Of a DNA stretch of 64,000 bases, positions 45,074-64,000 are shown piece by piece (the first letter of the stretch is position 1; each line of letters begins with the position of its first letter). This DNA comes from Flaccisagitta enflata (Eukaryota). The stretch is from positions 13,454,001 through 13,518,000 of the forward strand of contig OZ231126.1 in NCBI GenBank assembly GCA_965153355.1, given 5' to 3'. The translations under genes and the position numbers were made by a program. The notes under the pieces were generated by a model. It searched no databases, was not told the DNA's origin, and saw only the letters and a list, made by a program, of their open reading frames with translations.

Positions 45074-46361
45074 AAACCTGTTCTTATAATCAGTTCTTTT
45101 ACTATATGACTTTGATGAATTATTTCTCAGCTACCTTCATTTCATGAACTATAAATATTGTCACCTCTTGTCGTGACACAGAAGCAAGTTATGGGGGCCC
45201 CTGAAGGGCCCATGCAAGAAGCCCAATAAATTTCAGATAGCAAAAAGCTATGAAAATCTTATCATTTTTGCTTGTTCTTTCTGCTTCTACAACATCAGAG
45301 AGCTGAATTCTTTGTACAGAAACAGTCATCCATTGGGTAGGAACTACTTTGAAACAGAATTGAAGGTTGAGGATCTGTCTGGGGGGCTGTTCTGAGGGCT
45401 TAAAGGGCTCAAAATGGCACAAAATAACCAAAGTTGTGGTATATTTGCTATTTTTAAGTTTTTACAACAATGGAGTGTCAAATTCTCTGTGCAGGTACTA
45501 TCATCTAGTGTATGGCAACTTATTGAAATCAAAAGTGAAGGTTGATGATCCCTAAAGGACTCGTGCATAGGGCTCGAAGGACTCAAAGAAGCAAAAATCT
45601 CTGAAAATCTTGGAATTTTTGTTAATTTCTTTACTGTTTTAATGATAGCGTGCTTGATATCCTGAACAGGTACTATAATCTAGTGCGTGAGAACTTATTG
45701 AGAACAAAAGTGAAGATTGGGAGGCCAAACCAGGGACTTCAAGGATATAAATTAACCAACACCTTGGTGTTTTAGCCGCTATTTTAGATGCAGACTCAGG
45801 ACTAAGACTTTGTCCATCCATCTGTTGATCCATCAGTACCATGGTCCATTGGTCAATTAATGTAAAAACACAAATTTACAGGGTGATTATTCTCAAGTGT
45901 AAAATGTATTAAGCTTTTATTACAAAACGCATCATTTCAATAATCTGAAATTATTTTTTTTTTCTAATATTTGATATTTGGGTCTAGGCCAAACACTTAT
46001 TCTGTAACATCAATTTGAATAAAAATGAGTATTCACAGTGTCAGCTAAATTGATTTTTTTTATAACAACGATTTTTATTAAAATAGCTCTATTTTTCAAA
46101 CAGTTTGAGCCACATAGGCCAGCATCAAATGAAAGATATTTCAATTATCTTTCATTTGAGACCGATCTTGCATCTGTAGCTTGAACTGTTCAGAAATGAG
46201 ACCAAATTACAGCAAAAATGAACAAATGAAAAATGAAAACTATGGGTGTAAATAGGCTTTAACTGGAAATAATATATTTCAAATTGATATTGTTTTGTAC
46301 TTTTTGAAAGAATTAATTCCAAATATTCACTGACTGTGTACAATAGTTAAAATCATTTTTC

Positions 46362-46571
46362 AAAACAACTTGTAATTTTACAATGTAGAGTACAGTGCAG
46401 AATAGCAAAACGAACAATTTTGCCTATATTTTCAAATACCACTTTGGGCATCATCATCAGATTCTGCCTCTGATGATGATGCCCAAAGTGGTATTCAAAA
46501 ATTTAGGCAAAATTGTTCGTTTTTGCTATTCTGCACTGTACTCTCCATCATAAAATTATAAGTCATTTTCA
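46362..46571. repeat. ~210-bp near-perfect palindrome (MITE-like)
   Basis: Centre ...TACCACTTTGGGCATCATCATCAGA-TTCTGCC-TCTGATGATGATGCCCAAAGTGGTA... Confidence 0.8.
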
Positions 46572-47158
46572 GTATAATACTACTGGTGCTCGCGATGACA
46601 ATTCGTCACATAAAATCGTTTTTTCATTTGACAACAATAACCCTATAAGAACCTGCAGTGGTGAGGTAACTTGTTAATTTCTATGATAATAGTGTTTTTA
46701 ATTCTCTGTACTGATTCTATCACTGGTTTAAGGGATTTAGTAAAGAAAAGAAGGTTGGGAATCCCTAGAGGCTCATCCAGGAAATTCAATGTGCTCAAAA
46801 TAGCCAGAATTGACATTTTTAGTTGCATGCACACAACTCTACCATCCACTTTGTCCGTCTGTCCATCCGTCAGTCTAACTAGTTTTTTTACTTTTTTGGC
46901 ATATAAGGGCAGTTATTGCATTACTGTTCCTGCCCTAATGTATTGTTAGCCTTTTTTCTTTTGCCACCCACATGCAACTAAGGTAGCCCTGCATCCGACC
47001 TTGTTTTTGCTCCTTTGACAATTAAGGGCTGCAATCTTTGTATAGCTATTGGAATTTGGTGTGTTGGAACTGGTCAAGGGCTCAGAGGGCTACAGAACAG
47101 TAGAAACAAGGCGGCCCACAAAAAAGAATCTTTCCTGCTTCAACACATCAATGGAGAA

Positions 47159-47510
47159 TACGTCTGTCAGAGTGCCCAGAAAAGCCAAAATCGTACTTCG
47201 CCTGGCAAAAATATTTTTTCTTTGCCAAAATGCTTTTAACTGAGCCAATGCGCAATTTTCAAATCAATCAGGAACCATCTTTAGGATGATTTTGAAGTTT
47301 CAATAGATCTGTATAAGAGAGACAAAATTTGCATAATAGAAAAATAGATTCCAAGGATGATTCAATGTAATCTTCAACCTTACCCTAAAGATGGATCCCG
47401 ATTGATTTGAAAGTCGTACAATGGCTCATTTGAAAGCATTTTTGCAAAGGAAAAATATTTTTGCCAGGCAAAGTACAATTTTGGTTTTTCTGGGCACTCT
47501 GACAGACGTA
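47159..47510. mobile_element. Palindromic MITE with 8-bp TSD (hAT-like)
   Basis: TACGTCTGTCAGAGTGCCCAGAAAA TIR. TSD ATGGAGAA at 47151-47158 and 47511-47518. Confidence 0.9.
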
Positions 47511-49334
47511 ATGGAGAAGCTTGAATCATGGTTTTTCTGAAAGGTATCCACACAAGTCAAAAAGGCACACCTCCGCCCCTCCCCCCTTCTCTTGCTCTCT
47601 GCAATGACAATTTTACCCAGGATAAGTTATTTATATTTGATACTCACTGCTTATCTCTATTTGGTAATTTTTGGCCATTTTGAATAGGGTCCTCAACATT
47701 CACTTCTGTTCTCCAGCCACAAAATGGTTCAATGTATCTGTACAGAATATTCATTGCTCCATCTTTGTGTTAACAAGTTCCAACACGCTAGAGGATAGAA
47801 TCTGAAGAATGAATTCATAAGAAGCCAAAAAATGACAAAATTTCCAATATTTTTAGTCGCGTGCATGCGACTCCATAACCCACTGTCTGTCTGTCTGTCG
47901 GTCCGTCCATCCATCCGTCTATCCATCTGTCCGTAACGCTTAGCTTTTTTCTGTTGTTTTATACCATTTTAAGTCATTTTAAGTTATTTAAAGTTAATTT
48001 AAATCAATTTACATTTAGTCTCTTAGTCTTTTGGTTTTTTAGTCTTTTGGTCTTATGGTATTAACAACCGCACGCGACTGTAAAGGGTTGTCCTTGTTTT
48101 TTTTCTAGCCATTTTGAGCAATGTGAGCCCTCTGGATGGCCCCCTACACAGGTCATTTTGCTTTAAACTAGTTCCATCCCATCAGTTGACAGTTTCTTTA
48201 CAGAAAATTCAGCACTCCACTAGAATAGAAGCAATAAAACTAGAAACAATGGCTAAATTTTTATCATTTTTTATGATTTTGAATCTTTTGGGTCCCTGCA
48301 TGGGCCCCCCAGGGGCCCCTCAACCCTTGGATCTATTCCCCCTACACCTGATGACAGTATTATATGTACTCATAGTGGAGGCAGCTGAGAATTGGTTCAT
48401 TTAAGTCATTTAGTAACAGAACTGATTATAGGAACACCTCTCTTGAAATATTGATTTTGTCGTTTTTCCGCGATTTTTGGCAGTTTTACCTCTTGTCTTC
48501 AAACCTTGGGCCCCTAGTTAAGATTTTTGATTTTTGTCTTGGGGCCTGTTTTAAACACTTTTAAAAACATTAAATTTGACTTAAGAATAGGCACCAGTAC
48601 TTGATTTGGAATTTTGTACCAGGGGCCCCATCCACCTTCAACCCTAGCCAAAGAGCTCAAATCCCAGTCTTGTAGCTCAAATTCCAACTTGGAAGCACAA
48701 ATCCAAGGTACATTGCATTTTCTGACCTACTTTACCAATAAATTCTAGTTAATTTCTATGTCTTAATATACGATATTCATGGCAACAATGATTCCTAAAG
48801 GCTGTGAAAGAAATTCGTAAGTCATAAATGGGCCTCTTTATTATGCATCTCTCCAGGTTATGGGCACATTGTTCGCCAACTCTTTATATCTTTCAGTTAG
48901 CCGATTTGCTAGCTGCATAGTAGGAAAAAAAAACAAAGTTTTCTAATAACCCAATGCAGTGCGCTGGCATGTTGCTATGTGCGGAAGATGGCCAGAGAAC
49001 AAAATTTATGACCCCACGTGACCTAAAACCATCAGCAGCGAGCCTTCAAAGTTAACAAAGGAATTAAAGAGAAATTGAGTCCCCTTAAAAAAAAACCTTT
49101 TATTCTCTGTTATTTTCAAAGGGTCGCTGCCGATGGTTTTAGGCCACAGAGAGCCATGAAATTTTTCCTCCAGGCTTCTACCGTTATGTCACACTTTTCC
49201 ATTCATTGCCATTGGCTGTCAGATAACTTTGGTCATATCTTGCTAACCGTACTGCATACGCATATCCTCGGCATCCTTGGCATACGCATATCCTCTTTAG
49301 ATTTTTTAAAGGCATTTCGTGCGCAGTGAGAATT

Positions 49335-49477
49335 GATCATGAATGGTTTATTACGAATGGAGATGTACATGCGCAAACCATTGAAGACGGCAATCGCAAA
49401 AGATGTCGAAAATTCTGGTTAATTTCTTCTAATTGTGCGCATGTACATCTCCATTCGTAATAAACCATTCATGATCA
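49335..49477. repeat. Mini inverted-repeat element with ~42-bp perfect arms
   Basis: TGATCATGAATGGTTTATTACGAATGGAGATGTACATGCGCA and its reverse complement. Confidence 0.8.
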
Positions 49478-49835
49478 TAACCTCTTTGCTTTTTTCAGAC
49501 AAGCACCAGAAAGGATCCGAAGATATTTTGAGCGGCTGGTTGGCGAAAATTGTTTGCCAATGACATCGACAAAACGAAGTGCATCCCATCTTCCCCCCAC
49601 CCCACAAGGCCGGATACAGGGCTACCACAGTCACGTGCGAGTGGGCAGGGGCCATATTTGGGGTCACTATACCATTTGAGCAGGAGCATTGGGTCAAAAA
49701 CTTATAAAAAGTAGAGTGGTGACGGACCGACACTTCGTCAGACCAACCAACCAACCGACAGACCGACGGACTAACAAAACAGAGTGCAGAGTCGCGTAGC
49801 ACGCAACTAAGGAAACAAAATAACCTCTGTCTGTC

Positions 49836-50005
<170 letters not shown>

Positions 50006-50344
50006 AGTGGGAGAGAGAGTATCGATATGTCTTTTCTTTGAGATAACGGCGTTTCAATAAGAAAAAGGCAGGAAGGAAGAATACAGTAAAGTTCTATTCA
50101 TTCAATGAAATTTCAAACGCAATGATTAAAGAAAATCAAATGGAAGCAGTATTAATAGGAGAGAAAAACGTGATTACAAAGAATGTGAACTTGAGCAAAA
50201 CGTGACCTCTTTTCACCTTGAATTTGCCCAAATATGTAAATATCTCTTTACAAGTACAAATGAAAGAATGCTGACAATTTCTTTTAGGAATTCGCATTTC
50301 TTAAACACGCGCAAATTGCAGTTGCAAGTCTCACATACCTACAT

Positions 50345-50383
<39 letters not shown>

Positions 50384-50588
50384 TCTCTGGTCCCTTTCAG
50401 GGCCGCAGCCCAAAAGCAATAGGAATGGAGAAAAATATTCACACCTGCATAAAAAGTACCTCTTATCGGTTTATGACACAAGTGACACAACTGTTTCTAT
50501 TTAATTGACAATCTCAGTGACTCAAGAACATTTGAAGGAGTTCGCAGGAAAAAAAACCTTTTCTTAGTTATTCTCAACAATCACCGAT

Positions 50589-53023
<2,435 letters not shown>

Positions 53024-53837
53024 TTTTTCTCATTTCCACGTTTTATCGTTTGAAGTTAATTTTGGGGGGAAAGTTTTTCTTATTGAAAGAAATGATAAGG
53101 AAAAATAAGGCTTCTCCTAACTCAATGAAAAGTCTGCTAAACGAATGAATATTACAAACCGAGATATTTGGACAGAGAAAATTGATCCAATTTCTGAGCA
53201 AATTCCATTTCGGCAAATATCAAGTTGTAAAGACTAATAAAAACTTGGGTGTGTTCTAGTTATTCTGTATGTCTCTACCAATAAAGGCGGCTCTCGCCGT
53301 AGGAAAAAAGTCGTAAGTTCGAGGTTTTGGAACTTTTTCTGATTGTATTTTGTCTGGTTGATTGCTTTTTTTTTCCCTGTGCATCTTTTTGGTTTGTTCC
53401 ACTCTCTACATGTGTTTCTCTGTTTGTTCTTTGTTTGCCCGTCTCTTTCTCTCTTTCTCTCTCTCTTTCTTTCTCCCATTTTCATTTTTTCTCTCCCCTT
53501 CTCTCATGTAACACGGGGTTACAATATTGTTGCGGACAGGTGGACAGAGGCATCCAACCCACATCCACACCCCAACCTCACCCCCTCACACAAGCATCTA
53601 GACCGCATGTTTTTCCACTTTTTCACTTGGACGGACAGATGGACCAACAGACCAATGGATGGACTGATGGACAAAGCCTCTCATAGCGTCCTGAGTTGAA
53701 ATGAGAGAGACTGTGGTGCCAGGATACACAATCATCACCTGAGACATTTCAATATTCAAATAGACTTCAACTAACTAGATTCCTCGTTTTGGGGGAAAAT
53801 GGGAAAAATGCGAAAAAATATAAAAAGATTTAAAAAA

Positions 53838-54047
53838 TCATAGCTCCAAACTATCAATCGCACAGAATTCTGCTTGGCGTCATCCGAAAGAGGGGAATTA
53901 GTTCTTTCCTAGCTATTAATTTCATGCGTAGTCTCATTCGTTTCATAGCTCCAAACTATCAATCGCACAGAATTCTGCTTGGCGTCATCTGAAAGAGGGG
54001 AATTAGTTCTTTCCTAGCTATTAATTTCATGCGTAGTCTCATTCGTT
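53838..54047. repeat. 105-bp tandem duplication inside a dispersed repeat
   Basis: TCATAGCTCCAAACTATC...CTCATTCGTT twice, near-identical. Confidence 0.9.
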
Positions 54048-55044
54048 TCAGTATTTTAGTATTTCTTATGTTTCCATCTTTTCCTTTCTACAAGCGAGCG
54101 CGATCGACCATGTGGCCAAAAACCAGGTTCCATTCAGAAACACGCTGTTGCGCTTCACCATAAACAGGGCCTCCACTGTGCGAGACTTTTGAAGGGTTCA
54201 CTTGACTTGTTCACGTGACTTGGCTATCATACCTGGTGACCTGGTGATCTATGATATTTATCACTTAGTTAATTTACGGGAAGTAGGAATGAAGTCACGA
54301 AGTGCTTTAGGGTTTATGAATTTTGCTGGAATTTGGCGAAAAGTTTATCATATTTGACCTCAAGATAAGCTAGTAATCTATGACTTAAAATCTATCATTA
54401 GATTCGCCTATTTTTATGCTGAACGAATCCTTAAACATAAAAAAGTAATTCTTTGAGGGTTGAAAACCAATAGAAATTCTATTTCCATAAGGCGCTCGTG
54501 GTACCTACAGCAAGCAACATTACTAAACTATACTACAACAAAGATGCCTATGACAATAAGAAATATCATTATATATGCATCTTCGCGGACACACGACTCT
54601 ACATATACCGTGTCAGTTGGTCGCTCTGTCCATCCGTCCGTCGGTCCGAAATTTGCGAGCGATTTATGCACTACGGCCCTTGCCCAACCGTCTGCAACTG
54701 TCTTGCAATGTATTCGGTTTCCTTTACAAAAGCAAAAAAACACATTCAAAAGAACCTATACGACTGCACCCGAACGTGGTTGTGATATTAAAGCATCCCT
54801 GGGAATTCACTCCACTAGTTTCCTCTTGTCCATCCCATGCTTCCAAATGTCACATTCAAATGGATAAATCCTTGACTTATCGCTTAAATCTTGACATTTT
54901 AGCTCCAAAATTCTCGCTTATAGCTCCAGAATGCATATCCCAATGCCCAAAATCCTACCTACGGCCAGAAATACGAGCCTTAAGACTAAGTGAAAAAATC
55001 TTTATTTTTGCCATGTTGTTCGATTAGATGACAATCTCAATCCC

Positions 55045-56618
55045 TCATTGGTACATGGTGACATTGACAAAACCCGTCAGATTTTCTTTTCCTCCACTTG
55101 TAAGGACGTGAATTCCGTAGCATCGATACCATCCTTGCACTTGACACGGAATCTCCCAAGACTTGGTTTGATCTGGTTGGTCAAATCCTGACTTGTTGAC
55201 GGTGACCAGAGTCACCCACCAAGAGCAGTCGTCAGATGCGACGATGTTGAAGGTGACAGGTGCTTGATGGATGTGACCTCCTTTTCTGAAGATAAAGAAT
55301 GAAAAGAAATGATGCTGATGATTTAAGAATGTAAACAAATAAGCAGAATATCCTTTTTAGTCGGGGACACGCAATTCTTTTCGGACCGTCTGTCCGTCTG
55401 TCCATCCGTCACAAAGCTGTTTTTCAAGGTTTTCCTCCCCTGCCCACCCATCCGCGACTAATGCTGCCGTGTATACGGCCTTGTTTTCAATCAGCCTCCC
55501 GGCCCTGGCCTTGTTTTACAGTACAGTTCCTCAAAAACGATCTAATTGATGCTAGTCGTTTGCAATGTGCTGTTATCTCATACACACTCCGTACAACAAC
55601 ACTTAGAGACGCCACACAAATGTTGTCTGCTTTGCTCTCATATTTGTTATCCAAAAAAGATGACAATATTGACGCTTTCGACTATCATTCTGCTTCCCTG
55701 GTTGTGAAGCTGATTTTCTTGACTTTCTTTGACTTTTTTAACTGAAACCAAACAGTTGCCGGTAACGTGTTGCTGTTCCATGGGTAGTTTGTTGTCTGTG
55801 GTCTGAAAGCGTTGGATGCCCCATGATCTGCTTGATACTCTGACGTTGCTCCAGGTGTCCCATCATATGTGATTGGTCGCAGCTTTAGGAACGGCTGACG
55901 ACATGGCAAATCTGTAAGATAGTAAGGGCACTTTTATTCCTTTTTTTTTCTGCCTTTTCTACCAGACCTCTTCGCCGTTGCAAATTACAATCCAAAAAAG
56001 AAACGAGTTCTTCAGGGATGTTTAAAGTTGAGCGGCTTTTATTTACTCACCCCTCCCCCGCTGGTCTTTCATTTGTTTCCCCGCCTAGACGAACAAGGCC
56101 GGATACACGGCATAGTAGTCGCGGACAATTGGGCAGGGGCTGTAATGCAATAATCGCTCAGAATTCAACAAAATTCATAACGGACCGACCTACCGATATA
56201 CCGACCGACCGACACGGCAAGGTGCAGAGTCGCGTGTCCGCGACTAAAAATACTTTTTACCCCATCTTTTCTACCCCATAAAGTATAAATTGTAGTATTT
56301 ATATAGAACTGCCTCTAAAGTTTTTTTTTCTTTCTGCTTTTCCAACCTTAGATTTTCTATCCCATCTCCAAACCCTTCGGAAATGCTAAACCTTATACAC
56401 GTGCTGTTCATAGAAGAACACTAAGCTATGTCAAGTATGTTTTTCGCATTAGAAGGTGGTTGTAACTTACTTTCCTTTATCACGTCGCATTTTTCAGATT
56501 TCTCACAAAACACAGCATGAATAGCGGCCTCTTTCTCCGTTCGTCTGACAACCATCACAGTTGACTGAGACAACTCCAAAAATCCGAATAAGATGATTTG
56601 TAATTCTCCTCGTTTCAT
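55045..56618 (-). CDS. Secreted F5/8C/discoidin-like protein, paralogue 2, ~200 aa; intron-2 donor is non-canonical (GG), or the gene is a pseudogene
   Basis: Exons 56618-56471, 55911-55698 and 55285-55045. Strong identity with paralogue 1 (HQAPVTF..ASDDCS..QTKSWEIPCQ.QGWYRCYGIHVL). No GT donor occurs near the homologous position before the stop that follows exon 2. Confidence 0.65.
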
Positions 56619-57772
56619 TCTTCATTAGAGCTGTAAGTGCAAAATTGAGAGGAGCTTCAACGCTTCGAATTTACAACTTGCAAATTGGGTGGATATTCTG
56701 TTTAGCGGCGATATGGAATGCGAGGAAACAATCTCATTTTCGTGTATATAGCGGCTGCGAACACATCAGCCAAGCATGCTTTTCATAATGAACATTGTGG
56801 GCAGAAAAAATCGATTGAAAAGGTTTCCGCTGTGTTCCGCTGTTTAGCATCAGCGAAAATGACCTGCCAGATGTGTCTTTCTCATTTTCAGTTTTGATTT
56901 TGAAATGGAAAAACTTGATTTCGTCTAGAAATGAAACAATGGGCAGACAAATGAAGCTAGGAAATGATATTTTGAGCATAAACAGAATTTCGTCATAATT
57001 CTTTTTTATGATTCCTAATTACTTAATCAAGCCATCTCATTACTGTTAATGTATTCATGTTTTAGATAGTACTTCGAACAGAAGATGTACGGCCTACGGG
57101 AACATTGACATTGTTTAGAATTAGATATGCTTCAAATTTTCCATGATATATCCCGTTAGAATGAGAGAAGAAAGAACACGTCTTTTTATGGAATTACACA
57201 TTTTATTGCTTTATCCTGATTGTTTTATAAATTATCAAGTCTCATTCCGTTAGAATTTTGCACGTTTGGCCATTGCCATAGAGCATATTCATCTGTAACG
57301 CCCGTTTCTAAGCAACCACGGAACGCGCATTTTTTCACTGATCTTTCTGTGCAAAAATTATAGCCCATTCAATTTTGTTCCTGTGCTTTTTCAATTTGAA
57401 ATATCTACATTTCAGATTTCATTGAAACGTGTCTCCTTAGCAATGGGCCAAGATAATTAAGGCATCTATCAATTTTTCAAGATTCCAAACATCTGGTATT
57501 ATTTCTTTTCCCCTCATACTTGCCCCCACTATGTTTAATCTAAACGGAATCTACTAAAGAGTGAAGACAGCAAAAATTGAGAGAAGATATTTAAACGATC
57601 TTGAAGCAAAAATCCAACACACCCCAAAATCATTCGCGCTGGACTGAGAGATCTTTTTCCCCAGATGGACTACAAAATTTATGAAAGCGAGTGCAGAAAA
57701 TCGATGCAAAAATTTTAAGTCGCGTGTCGGGAAATACAGGATTTTACAGGAGCTTACCTACCTCACATCGCC

Positions 57773-57878
<106 letters not shown>

Positions 57879-58315
57879 TGATGCGTCCTCAAATCTTTGT
57901 AGGGGGCTTGTCTGTTTGTCCATCTGTCCATCAGTCCGTAACGCAAACTTCTAAACACGGTTTTATCTTTATTTCCTCATCGCTTTACGTCTTATCATTA
58001 TGTATATTTGAGGACGTATCTTTTGGACATCTCGTAGCCTCGTTAACCATATATTGATCAATGCCTCTACCTCATCACAGAGAAAACGAATGGAATCCAC
58101 GCATACCTGGCCATGTTATCTCAGTGAAAATACAGGTGGGCGGCAAATGTGTGCATGAGATATATTGTTCATATCGACTGGATGCTGTCTTCCATTTGTC
58201 ATTCCAGACGACATCTTGTAATGACGGGAATTATTGATTTCAAACACTGAAACTAGTGACACTGAAGATGTGCAACATCGGCCTTCTGGGTGTCCTGAAG
58301 CAATGCTTAACTCAA

Positions 58316-58382
<67 letters not shown>

Positions 58383-58890
58383 CCTCCTGTGTTTTACCTG
58401 CTGGGTAACTAATATACGTTGCACCTTGTTATTTATTGGGCTTAAAAATATTGGAAAAAGAACTTAACGACTGATTTTTTACAAGCAAGCGATTTATTGG
58501 TTCAAACAGTATTCAGAAATTATGGTTCCATAGAGAGAAATACACGCACAAGGATTTACCTTAAACAGCATCAACAACATCACAATTTTATCGTTATTTA
58601 TGACAGTTGTCTTTTTTTTTCAATACAGAATAAAAATCAAATCAAGGGTATCATTGATTAAAATCTTCTTTGGTTTTTCATGCAATAAGAAGGACCACAT
58701 AATCAGGGTTAAGTCACCGGCGATAAGTTGGCATGTTCATAAATCAATATATTGGCGAATCAACAAAAGAATAACAATAGAAGTTGAATTGCAGGTGCAC
58801 TCCCATTGATGCCACTGGCTACACAAGCGAGTTTTGTTAAACATAATGAAAATTTCTTTTATCTTATGGTCTCTCAAGAGAGTGGATGAC

Positions 58891-63369
<4,479 letters not shown>

Positions 63370-63545
63370 CTGTTGAGAGAAAAAGAGCGAGAGAGAGAGA
63401 GAGAGAGAGAAGAGATTCAGAGAGAGAGAGAGAATTTAGATTTTTTTTTTCATTTTTTCTGTTTCTTCTTTTTTTTTTTTCATCTTTTCTGCTTTTCTTT
63501 TTCTTCTTTTTTTCTTTTCTCTTCTTCTCTTCTTCTCTCTCTTCT

Positions 63546-63634
<89 letters not shown>

Positions 63635-63663
63635 GTCTTACTCTTTTTTTCTTCCCCTATGTT

Positions 63664-63743
<80 letters not shown>

Positions 63744-64000
63744 TATGTGTGTTTGTTTGTGTGTAAATTTGTGTCTCTATTTGTTTTGTTTTTTTCGCTC
63801 CATTGATTGACAGTCTTACGATACGCTGGCAAGTCATCCAAGCAGGCCCGGCCAGAAAAATGGCGGGCCCCTCTGCTGGCTCCCTTGGTTGGGCTCCCTT
63901 CCCCCTTCAACCCCCTCCTTTACTCTTAATGTTTCATCTTTTGCAATGTTTTCTTACAACCTGAAAGTTTGTTCCAGTGCCTCCAGAACTTTTAACTTGG

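Larger units (their letters stand above)
45078..48437. mobile_element. Old, diverged large inverted-repeat element with nested MITEs
   Basis: About 45078-45420 is inverted against about 48110-48437 (TGTTC(T/C)TATAATCAGTTC...). Nested hairpin elements and HINE copies lie inside. Confidence 0.6.

Noticed and set aside
48850-48905. GYGHI potassium-channel pore motif after an AG
   Set aside because: The frame stops within ~15 codons and no other channel exons were found.

Overview
AT-rich, intron-containing, repeat-dense animal (invertebrate) genomic DNA; nothing prokaryotic is visible. Seven host genes could be rebuilt by hand by joining exons at splice sites with matching phase. (1) The 3' part of an opsin on + (4580-7662), with the retinal-binding Lys kept and a xenopsin-like loop. 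(2) A 6-exon, ~700-aa XK-related (Xkr-like) membrane protein on - (8958-14510), with a large Thr/Ser mucin-like insertion and a poly-Cys tail. (3) A 2-exon, 473-aa DEG/ENaC channel on - (25998-28608). (4) An orphan secreted protein on - (29691-31573) that needs a 1-bp correction. (5, 6) Two tandem ~200-aa secreted F5/8C/discoidin-like paralogues on - (50589-53023 and 55045-56618). (7) An astacin metalloprotease on - (58891 to beyond 63369) ending in a ~245-aa Gly/Trp repeat tail. The middle of the window holds a 13.2-kb decayed BEL/Pao LTR retrotransposon (31865-45073) with a Gln-rich gag region and an extra non-env ORF region after pol. The rest is non-autonomous DNA elements and microsatellites: a 3.07-kb foldback with a 9-bp TSD, TA-TSD and 8-bp-TSD MITEs, two DINE-1/HINE-like families, and a MITE carrying two outward-facing tRNA-like Pol III cassettes. 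The most unusual signals are the GW-repeat astacin, the mucin-loop Xkr, the tRNA-cassette MITE and the BEL/Pao extra ORF. All gene models and family calls are by-eye inferences with no database search or RNA evidence.
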